Positions 8,085 to 15,281 are shown, counted from the first letter of the stretch. The stretch is DNA of 24,000 nucleotides from Pseudomonas sp. PDNC002 (GCF_016919445.1 NZ_CP070356.1:3575502-3599501); one strand, 5' to 3'. Translations and numbers: made by a program. The notes: a model not told the origin generated them from the letters alone.

Positions 8085-8264
8085 ATGATCGAGATACCGA
8101 TAACGTCGTGTGTGGCAGCCGTGTCTGCGATTGCGCTGACTGGTCTGTCCGTGAATGTTTCCAGGTTGCGGATGCGCTATCGCGTCGGCCTTGGTCACGG
8201 TGGTCAGAAGGCGCTGCAGCTGGCCGTGGCGCCGGTCAATCTTTTCCTCAAAATTATCAATTAA
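8085..8264 (+). pseudogene. Truncated YecN-like MAPEG-family membrane protein (only the N-terminal ~50 residues are recognisable)
   Basis: ATG 8085 is preceded by AGGGGG. The translation is MIEIPITSCVAAVSAIALTGLSVNVSRLRMRYRVGLGHGGQKALQLAV... This matches the YecN/MAPEG N-terminus (..VVRLRMQYRV.YGDGG...LQ.AIR.HGN..EY). The expected HGNxxEYxP motif and the last ~70 aa are missing. The frame runs into the G-free tract and stops at 8262-8264. Confidence 0.6.
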
Positions 8265-8877
8265 ATTTCATAACTATCGACTCTATAAATAATTTTTAAC
8301 TTCATTTTAATTATTGTCTTTCTTATTTTTATTTTTCCATCCTAATTCCATTTACATCCATCTATATTCTCATCATTTAAATATATATTTATAAAATCAT
8401 CATCTCAACCATACAACACCTCTACCTTATAATCCATCATTCTCCCAATATATTCTATTTAAAGATTATATATTTATATTCCTACTCTCTAAACCTATTT
8501 TTCTTTAACATCTATATTTCATAACACAATTTCATTTAATAACTATATATTAATTCCCCAATTATTTATATAATAACTTTTACAATATCTACATTATTCA
8601 AATTATACTCATATCCAATTTCATCCCTCATCAAAATTAACATTTCATAAATACATACTCATTATTCTTTTATTCATAATAACCCCACCCAAAAAAATAA
8701 AACCAAAAAAAAACCTCCCCAAAAAAAAAAAACACCCCCAAAAAAAAAAAAAAATATAAATAAATATTTTCAAATTAAATTTTTATATATATATACAATT
8801 ATACCCTATATATATATATCCCCCCCCCCCCCCCCCCCCTATATAAATATATATACCCCCCCCACCCCCCCCCAATT
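8238..8877. other. G-depleted AT/C low-complexity tract with terminal homopolymer runs (artefact or anomalous insertion)
   Basis: I count only three G on the + strand between 8238 and 8877 (at 8279, 8316 and 8464). The flanks are typical high-GC sequence. Runs: A9 8705-8713, A12 8721-8732, A15 8740-8754, (TA)n around 8787-8819, C20 8820-8839, C8 8856-8863, C9 8865-8873. The tract contains no ORF, no terminal inverted repeats and no periodic repeat unit. Confidence 0.9.
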
Positions 8878-9226
8878 CGTATTTTCGTCGAGCGACGCAA
8901 CTGACCCTGCCACGCCGCGCCCCGGAGAGCGCTCCAGACACCTCGCACCCGAGAGCCCTCCCGAGTGCGAGCCCTCTCCGGATACACGAAGAACCTCCGC
9001 TGCCTACCTGAAAATCCGGCGACAGGCCGGGTTTCGCCCATCCGCGCCGCCTGGGCCGTTCGATGCGCCTGGGGCGGCGATTCGCGATGTCACGCCGAGT
9101 TGTTCAGGGCCCGCTTTGCCTGCGGGTCGCGCAGTGGCGCATGCCTTGCTCAAACCGCTGTGATACTTGCCGTTCCCACTCGCTCAGCATGGGCTTTCTA
9201 CACGGCGCTCAGGTTGACGAAATCCA

Positions 9227-9309
9227 TACAGATTTACATCCCTTGGTTGATTGATTAGGTTCGCCTTGTACCGCAGTTGATCAATATATTGATGGATAAT
9301 CAATGTGTT
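9227..9309. promoter_or_regulatory. AT-rich promoter region of the DUF1302 gene, with motifs shared with the 13816-13895 divergent promoter
   Basis: TACAGATTTAC (9227-9237), palindrome TTGATCAA (9277-9284), ATATATTGAT (9284-9293), inverted repeat ATTGAT-N5-ATCAAT (9288-9304) and ATCAATGTGTT (9299-9309). The same words recur at 13816-13895. Confidence 0.45.
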
Positions 9310-9398
9310 GATCGGCGACTTCGCCCAGGGCTGCTGTGCTGTGCCGGTCATCGAGAACCGGATTCTGCTCCCATAAGCACAATAACAAGGTGGAATAC

Positions 9399-11171
9399 GT
9401 GGAAAGAACCTTCTACCGCCGGCGCCTGCCCGTCGCGCTCGGCAGCCTCGTTCCTGCTCTTCTCGCATCCAGCGTCCAGGCGGTGACGTTCGAGGTCGGG
9501 GAGATCCAGGGGCAGTTCGACTCGTCCCTCTCCGTTGGCCAGAGCTGGGCGATGAATGATCCGAACCCGAACTTCATCAGCAAGGCCAATGGCGGACGCG
9601 GTGACTCCCAGACCACCGACGACGGCCGCTTGAATTTCAGGAAGGGCGAGACATTCTCGAAGATCTTCAAGGGGACGCACGACCTGGAATTGAAGTACGG
9701 CGACTGGGGGGCCTTCCTGCGAGGGAAGTACTGGTATGACTTCGAGCTGAAGGACGGGCACCAGCACCTCTACGACATCCAGGACAACGGCCGTGATCAG
9801 GCGGCGCGCTCCTCGGGTGCGCAGTTCCTCGACGCCTTCGTCTACCGCAACTACGACCTGGCCGGGCAGCCCGGCTCGGTCAGGCTGGGCAAGCAGGTCG
9901 TGAGCTGGGGGGGCAGTACCTTCATCCAGGGTGGCATCAACAGCATCAACCCGCTGGATGCCAACGCGCTGCGGCGTCCGGGTTCCGAGTTGAAGGAGGG
10001 GCTGATCCCGGTGCAGATGATCTATCTGCAACAGAGCCTCAGCGATGCCGTCAGCGTGGAAGGTTTCTACCAGCTGAAATGGCAGGGCACCGTGGCCGAT
10101 AACTGCGGGACCTTCTTCGCCAGCTCCGATCTTCCAGCCAAGGGCTGCGACGACCGCTACGTGCTCCAGGGCAAGGACATCAAGCCCGGCGCCTCGGACA
10201 ACAGCGGGCAGAACGGCAACACCATTTTCCTGCCGCGCGGACCGGACCGCGAACCGCGCGATGGCGGGCAGTACGGCCTGGCGCTGCGGTGGTTCGTGCC
10301 GGAGCTCAACGACACCGAGTTGAGCCTCTACTGGATGAATTATCACAGCCGCATGCCGATCGGCAGTTCGACGATGACCACCGCCAACCCGTTTACCGCG
10401 CCGCGTTTCGGTGCCGCGTCGGCGACCTATTTCCTGGAGTACCCCGAGGACATCCGCCTCTATGGCCTGAGCTTCAGCACCAACATCGCCGGCGCGGCTG
10501 TGGAAGGCGAGATCAGTCACCGACCGAATATGCCGCTGGGCTTCGACGACCTGATCTACGCCACGCTGCGCCTGTCGCCCGTCGTGCCGACGCCCATCGA
10601 GAACTCCGGTATCCCCGGCGACACCATCCATGGCTACAAGCGGGTGCCGTTCACCCAGGTCCAGACCACCGTCACCAAGACCTTCGACCAGGTCATGGGC
10701 GCGAGCCGCCTGACGCTGGTTGGCGAGGTTGGCTACAACCACATCTCCGGGATCGACGACGGCACCTACGGCCACCTGCGCTATGGCCGAGCCAGTCCTT
10801 TCGGGCCCGGCGAGTATTACGGCGCCAACGGCAATGACCTCTGCACCACGCTGCTCAGCGGTCGCCCCGAGTACTGCAACAACGACGGCTTCTACACCCG
10901 CAATTCCTGGGGATACCGCCTGCGCTCGGCGCTCACCTACAACGGCGTCATCGGCGGACTCGACCTCACGCCGAACCTGGCCTGGTCCCATGACGTCCAG
11001 GGTTACGGGACGAACTTCACCGAGGGCGGCAAGGCCGTCAGCGTCGGGCTGAACGCCGTTTACCTGTCCAAGTACAACGCCAGCATCAGTTACACCGATT
11101 TCTTCGGTGGCAAATACACCACCAACACCGATCGCGACTTCCTGAGCGTCAGTTTCGGCGTCAGCTTCTGA
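9399..11171 (+). CDS. DUF1302-family outer-membrane beta-barrel protein
   Basis: The track ORF (9336) starts at a GTG with no RBS. The GTG at 9399 follows AAGGTGG by 5 nt and gives a signal peptide (VERTFYRRRLPVALGSLVPALLASSVQA/VTFEVG). DUF1302 hallmark motifs are present: DDGRLNF.KGE, LGKQVVSWGGSTFIQGGINSINPLDANALRRPGSELKEGLIPV, and the C-terminal DRDFLSVSFGVSF. Confidence 0.88.
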   Translation: MERTFYRRRLPVALGSLVPALLASSVQAVTFEVGEIQGQFDSSLSVGQSWAMNDPNPNFISKANGGRGDSQTTDDGRLNFRKGETFSKIFKGTHDLELKYGDWGAFLRGKYWYDFELKDGHQHLYDIQDNGRDQAARSSGAQFLDAFVYRNYDLAGQPGSVRLGKQVVSWGGSTFIQGGINSINPLDANALRRPGSELKEGLIPVQMIYLQQSLSDAVSVEGFYQLKWQGTVADNCGTFFASSDLPAKGCDDRYVLQGKDIKPGASDNSGQNGNTIFLPRGPDREPRDGGQYGLALRWFVPELNDTELSLYWMNYHSRMPIGSSTMTTANPFTAPRFGAASATYFLEYPEDIRLYGLSFSTNIAGAAVEGEISHRPNMPLGFDDLIYATLRLSPVVPTPIENSGIPGDTIHGYKRVPFTQVQTTVTKTFDQVMGASRLTLVGEVGYNHISGIDDGTYGHLRYGRASPFGPGEYYGANGNDLCTTLLSGRPEYCNNDGFYTRNSWGYRLRSALTYNGVIGGLDLTPNLAWSHDVQGYGTNFTEGGKAVSVGLNAVYLSKYNASISYTDFFGGKYTTNTDRDFLSVSFGVSF

Positions 11172-11181
11172 GGAACAAACA

Positions 11182-12540
11182 ATGAGAAATACGATTCCGG
11201 CAGCGGGCCTGCTGTCTTTCTGCCTGTCTTTCATCAGCCCTGTTTCCCTGGCCGCGGTCGATGCGGCCAAGGCGGCAGAGCTGGGCTCCATACTGACGCC
11301 GGTCGGCGCCGAGCGTGCGGGCAACGAGGCGGGAACGATCCCGGCCTGGACGGGCGGGTTGGCGCCTGACGCGGGGCAGGTCAGGGACGGTACACACGGC
11401 GATCCTTTCGCCGGCGAGAAGCCGCTGTTCGTCATTACCCCGGCTACCCTCGAGCGCTACAAGGAGCGCCTGAGTCCCGGCCAGCTCGCGCTGTTCCAGC
11501 GTTACCCGGACACCTACCGCATCCCGGTGTACGCCAGCCATCGCACGGCGGCCTGGCCGGACAGCGCGTATGCCGCCGCCAAGCGCAACGCCACCAGCAC
11601 AGAGCTGGTCGCCGGTGGTAATGGCCTGAAGGACTACCAGGCGCCGCTGGCATTCCCGATTCCGCGCAACGGCCTGGAAGTGATCTGGAACCACATTACC
11701 CGTTACCGGGGTGGCAGCTTCGATCGCGAGACCAGCAGCTACCTGGTGACGCCCAACGGCGACTACTCCTGGAAGACCGAGCGTGACCGCCTGGCCTACA
11801 GCAACCAGCTCACCGACTACGACCCGGAGCGCTCGAAGAACATCCTCTACTACTTCACCTCGCTGAATATCGCACCGGCGCGGGATGTGGGCGATGTGCT
11901 GCTGGTCCACGAGACCCTGGACCAGGTCGCCGAGCCGAGAATGGCCTGGCAGTACAACGCCGGCCAGCGCCGGGTGCGTCGCGCACCCCAGGTGGCCTAT
12001 GACAGCCCCGGCCCCGGCAACCTGCGCACCAACGACCAACTGGACATGTTCAACGGCTCGCCCGATCGCTACGACTGGCAGCTGGTGGGCAAGCGCGAGC
12101 TCTACGTTCCCTACAACAGCTTCCGCCTTGCCGACCCGGCCAACAGCCCGGATAAACTGGTGCAGAAGGGGCACATCAACCAGAACCTGACGCGCTACGA
12201 ACTGCACCGCGTCTGGGAGGTGATCGCCACCCTGAAGCCGGGCCAGCGCCACGTCTATGCCAAGCGGCACCTGTACATCGACGAGGATACCTGGACCATT
12301 CTCGAAGCCGATCACTACGACAATCGCGGGACGCTGTGGCGCGTTTCCGAGAACCACACGCTGCCTTTCTACGACCAGAAAGTGGTGATCAGCGCAGGGG
12401 AGATGACCTACGACCTGACCTCCGGGCGCTATCTCGCCAACGGCATGTTCAACCAGATCAAGGATGCTTACCGCTTCGGCCTCAAGGCCAAGACTTCCGA
12501 CTTCACGCCCGCCGCCCTGCGCACCATCGGCATTCGCTGA
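11182..12540 (+). CDS. DUF1329-family (LolA-like / outer-membrane lipoprotein-sorting-like) periplasmic protein
   Basis: 452 aa. Signal peptide (LSFISPVSLA/AVD). DUF1329 hallmarks: LTPVGAERAGNEAGTIPAWTGGL, FPIPRNGLEVIWNHITRYRG, ELYVPYNSF. GAGGA RBS. It starts 10 nt after the DUF1302 stop. Confidence 0.88.
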   Translation: MRNTIPAAGLLSFCLSFISPVSLAAVDAAKAAELGSILTPVGAERAGNEAGTIPAWTGGLAPDAGQVRDGTHGDPFAGEKPLFVITPATLERYKERLSPGQLALFQRYPDTYRIPVYASHRTAAWPDSAYAAAKRNATSTELVAGGNGLKDYQAPLAFPIPRNGLEVIWNHITRYRGGSFDRETSSYLVTPNGDYSWKTERDRLAYSNQLTDYDPERSKNILYYFTSLNIAPARDVGDVLLVHETLDQVAEPRMAWQYNAGQRRVRRAPQVAYDSPGPGNLRTNDQLDMFNGSPDRYDWQLVGKRELYVPYNSFRLADPANSPDKLVQKGHINQNLTRYELHRVWEVIATLKPGQRHVYAKRHLYIDEDTWTILEADHYDNRGTLWRVSENHTLPFYDQKVVISAGEMTYDLTSGRYLANGMFNQIKDAYRFGLKAKTSDFTPAALRTIGIR

Positions 12541-12566
12541 AGCCAGGAAAGCAGCGGCAGGGAAGC

Positions 12567-12600
12567 AGGCCCGCCTCGTGAGAGGCGGGCCTTGTCGTTT
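12567..12600. terminator. Bidirectional hairpin terminator between convergent genes
   Basis: AGGCCCGCCTC (12567-12577), loop GTGA, GAGGCGGGCCT (12582-12592), followed by TGTCGTTT. This is an 11-bp perfect GC-rich stem between the DUF1329 stop (12540) and the regulator stop (12600). Confidence 0.6.
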
Positions 12601-13790
12601 CAGTCCGGCAGGGTGCCGGTGTAGCGGGCGCGCGGACGCAGCAGCGGGTACTGGTGATACTGCTCGCTGGCATGGGCAATCCAGCCAATGGCACGGCCGA
12701 CGCCGGCGAGGGCGATCTCCTGGCCCTGCAGGCCCAGTTTGCGGCCGACGAAGGTCAGCAGGAGGATGAAGTCCATGGGCTGCCCGGTCAGCTCCTCGGC
12801 GACCGTGGCTGCCTCCAGCAGGCTGCGGAACTCCGCATCCTTGGCGAACAGCCGATGCAGGCTCTGCAGCAGGCAGGTCGCGCGGGGATCGCTTTCGCCG
12901 TGCTGATTGGAGCCAAAGCCCAGGATGGCGCCATCCTCGCGGAAGCGCTGGACGATCGGGTCCGCCGGATGGCGGGCGGTGCAAATGTCGTCCAGCAGGC
13001 GTGCCACCGACTCGTTCCTGCCGTAGGCCAGGTGCCGGCCCCGTGACGTGGCGATGCCCACAATCGCGGCGTAGTAGGGCGTTATGCCGGTGTTCGCGGC
13101 CGCCCTCACGCTGTAGGTGGTGGGGTCGAGTTCATGGTCGATGGACAGGATCAACACCTGGCGGATCAGGTCGGCCAGCGCCTCGTTCACCCCCAGCGAT
13201 TCGGCGATGAACCGATGCAGGGGACGGTCATCGGGCACAGCTGCGCCGACCAGCAACGCAGCGAACCAGCGAACCACATCGACGCCGGTGCGGGCATAGC
13301 CTTCCACCGAGAGGTCGTGGGCGCGCGGGTTCTCACGCTCCAGCAGCGGGAACAGAGCGATCAGTTTTTCTCCCACGGCCAGGTCGCCCAGCGCCTTGAG
13401 CAGGGCGCCGGTGCCTTTCGGACGACGCGGCAGCGGCGCGTCGAAGACGCCTTCCGCCTGCCACATCAGTTCCGCTACCGCCTCGACGCTGGCGCTCGCG
13501 GCCAGTTGCGTCACGTCGTGCCCCCGGTAGTACAGCCCCTTGTCGGTCAGCAGCGTGATCGAGCTCTGCGCGCCAACGCGGGGAGCGTCGGTTCCGGATC
13601 CTGCTGTTGGCTTGAGCTTGCGCAGGCGTTCGATATCCGCCGCCCAGTACTTACGGCTGCGCGAGCCCTCGACCTTGAGCGAGCGGATGTTCTTCCGGCT
13701 GACGTAGGCATAAAGCGTCGGAAGGCTGATGCCGAGCGCGCTGGCGGCCTCGTCCGCGCTGAGGTAGAGATCGTCTTCTGGGGTGGACAT
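12600..13790 (-). CDS. Excisionase/MerR-type HTH fused to a citrate-synthase-like domain (putative ligand-sensing transcriptional regulator)
   Basis: 396 aa. The N-terminus LSADEAASALGISLPTLYAYVSRKNIRSLK is an HTH_17/excisionase-type DNA-binding motif. Residues ~75-396 align by eye with small citrate synthases (SITLLTDKGLYYRGHDVTQLA; LILSIDHELDPTTYSVRAAANTG; GFGSNQHGESDPRA; GRAIGWIAHASEQY; RPRARYTG). The catalytic GFGH motif reads GFGS. ATG 13790 has a GAGG RBS. Confidence 0.8.
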   Translation of the reverse strand: MSTPEDDLYLSADEAASALGISLPTLYAYVSRKNIRSLKVEGSRSRKYWAADIERLRKLKPTAGSGTDAPRVGAQSSITLLTDKGLYYRGHDVTQLAASASVEAVAELMWQAEGVFDAPLPRRPKGTGALLKALGDLAVGEKLIALFPLLERENPRAHDLSVEGYARTGVDVVRWFAALLVGAAVPDDRPLHRFIAESLGVNEALADLIRQVLILSIDHELDPTTYSVRAAANTGITPYYAAIVGIATSRGRHLAYGRNESVARLLDDICTARHPADPIVQRFREDGAILGFGSNQHGESDPRATCLLQSLHRLFAKDAEFRSLLEAATVAEELTGQPMDFILLLTFVGRKLGLQGQEIALAGVGRAIGWIAHASEQYHQYPLLRPRARYTGTLPD

Positions 13791-13815
13791 GGCGGCCTCG
13801 GATTGATGAATTTCG

Positions 13816-13895
13816 TACAGATTTACTATTTATGGGGGCCTATATATCTTGCTGTCAACATCAACAGAATACATATATTGATCAATGTATGTGTT
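13816..13895. promoter_or_regulatory. Divergent AT-rich promoter/operator region between the HTH-citrate-synthase-like regulator and the DUF1446 operon
   Basis: The 123-bp intergenic region (13791-13913) contains TACAGATTTAC (13816-13826), ATATATTGAT (13873-13882), the 10-bp perfect palindrome ATTGATCAAT (13877-13886) and ATCAATGT..TGTGTT (13881-13895). These are the same words as in 9227-9309. Confidence 0.5.
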
Positions 13896-13913
13896 CGCCA
13901 GACGGAGACACGC

Positions 13914-15278
13914 ATGGAAATTCGTGTTCTGGCGCCCAATGGCGCCATAGGCACCGGCTTCAAGGAAAGTTCGTTCGAGCGCGGGGTGTCGCTTGCCCCC
14001 CATGTGATTGCCTGTGACGCCGGTTCGACCGATTCGGGCCCGGCTTACCTGGGCAGCGGCAAGGCGCGGCTTTCCCGCGAAGCTTGCAAGCGCGACCTGC
14101 GCCTGCTCCTGCTGGCGCGTGACCGCTTGGGCGTTCCGCTGATCGTCGGGTCCTGCGGCACCAGCGGGAGGGACGCAGGGGTCAACTGGATGGCGGAGAT
14201 CGCGCTGGAGATCGCGGACGAGGAGGGGCTCAACTTCCGCCTCGCGCTGATCTACTCCGATCAGGACGGCGAGTACCTGAAGCAGCGCCTGGCCGATGGA
14301 CGCATTCAGGCGTTGCACCCGGCGCCGCCGCTCGACGAGCAGGTCATCGAACGCAGCCATGTGGTCGGCATGATGGGAACCGAGGCGCTGTCCGAAGCAC
14401 TGGATCAGGGCGCCGAGGTGATCCTGGCGGGCCGTGCCAGCGACTCGGCGCTGTTCGCCGTGGTGCCCGAGCGCCTCGGCGCCGATCGCGGGTTGGTCTG
14501 GCACGCGGCGAAGACCATCGAGTGCGGCGCGGCCTGCTGTGTCACGCCGGCTGCCGATGGCCTGATCGCGTATATCCGCGAGGACCATTTCGAGATCGAG
14601 CCGCTGGACCCGCAGGCGCGCGTGACGCCCTTGTCCATCGCCGCGCACACCCTCTACGAGAACGCCAACCCCTTCCTGCTCACCGAGCCGGCCGGCATCG
14701 TGGACACCGAGCACGCGGTATATACCGCGACGAGCGAGCGCAGCGTGCGGGTGAGCGGTTCGAAGTTCCATCCGGCACAACGCTACAGCATCAAGCTGGA
14801 AGGTTCCGAGCCGGTGGGCTTCCAGTCGGTGATCATCGGCGGTATCCGCGACCCGAAAATCTTCCTGGGCCTGGATCGGTTGATCCCGATGGCGAAGCAG
14901 TATTTCCAGCAGCGCGTCGCCCAGTTGTTCGGAGGCCGGCTTGGCCCCGAGGACTACGACATCAGCTTCCGCAGTTATGGTCGCGGCGCGGTGATGGGTG
15001 AACTGGAGGTCGAGCGCGACAGCGTGCCGATCGAAGTCGGGGTGCTGATCACCGTCACGGCACCGACGCAGGAGCTGGCGAGTAAGATCGCCACCTTCGT
15101 CAGCCATGTCAGCGCGCACCTGCCGGTGCCCGGCTACGAAGGCATCATCAGCACCATCGCCTATCCGTTCTCGCCGCCGTACCTGGAACGAGGCGCCGTC
15201 TACCGGTTCAGTCTCAACCACGTGCTGTTCCCCGACTCGCCCAGCGAAATGTTCCGTCGCAAGATGATCGAGGTGTAA
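13914..15278 (+). CDS. DUF1446 / AtuA-family protein (acyclic terpene utilisation AtuA N-terminal domain homologue), function unknown
   Basis: The track ORF (13134..15278) is open far upstream. The ATG at 13914 follows GGAGA by 5 nt and gives MEIRVLAPNGAIGTGF...ACDAGSTDSGPAYLG...IVGSCGTSG..., which is typical of DUF1446. The upstream part of the track ORF is the antisense of the regulator gene. Confidence 0.8.
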   Translation: MEIRVLAPNGAIGTGFKESSFERGVSLAPHVIACDAGSTDSGPAYLGSGKARLSREACKRDLRLLLLARDRLGVPLIVGSCGTSGRDAGVNWMAEIALEIADEEGLNFRLALIYSDQDGEYLKQRLADGRIQALHPAPPLDEQVIERSHVVGMMGTEALSEALDQGAEVILAGRASDSALFAVVPERLGADRGLVWHAAKTIECGAACCVTPAADGLIAYIREDHFEIEPLDPQARVTPLSIAAHTLYENANPFLLTEPAGIVDTEHAVYTATSERSVRVSGSKFHPAQRYSIKLEGSEPVGFQSVIIGGIRDPKIFLGLDRLIPMAKQYFQQRVAQLFGGRLGPEDYDISFRSYGRGAVMGELEVERDSVPIEVGVLITVTAPTQELASKIATFVSHVSAHLPVPGYEGIISTIAYPFSPPYLERGAVYRFSLNHVLFPDSPSEMFRRKMIEV

Positions 15279-15281
15279 TCC

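Noticed and set aside
8108-8299. 63-aa track ORF (MCGSRVCDCADW...) overlapping the MAPEG start region.
   Set aside because: It is out of frame with the MAPEG-homologous reading frame that starts at 8085 with a good RBS. Its sequence has no membrane-protein character, and its tail is simply read-through into the low-complexity tract.
8238-8877. Interpreting the G-free AT-rich tract as a CRISPR array, IS element, MITE or prophage remnant.
   Set aside because: It has no repeat-spacer periodicity, no terminal inverted repeats and no flanking direct duplication that I could find. It contains no ORF (transposase, integrase or Cas), and no tRNA or att-like site is nearby.
8799-9041. 80-aa minus-strand ORF whose C-terminus contains GGGGGG and GGGWGG.
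   Set aside because: The Gly runs are just the translation of the poly-C homopolymers. There is no RBS or family resemblance.
9348-11435. 695-aa ORF on the minus strand, antisense to the DUF1302 gene. Similar long antisense or offset ORFs: 20551-23508 (+), 16984-18531 (-), 17508-19406 (+), 13830-15557 (-), 11161-12984 (-), 4149-5426 (+), 5327-6334 (+), 464-1084 (+), 6536-7216 (-).
   Set aside because: These are typical shadow frames of high-GC DNA. Their translations are Ala/Arg/Gly/Val/Pro-rich with no recognisable motifs. Each overlaps a gene on the other strand or frame that has clear family signatures, an RBS and sensible boundaries.
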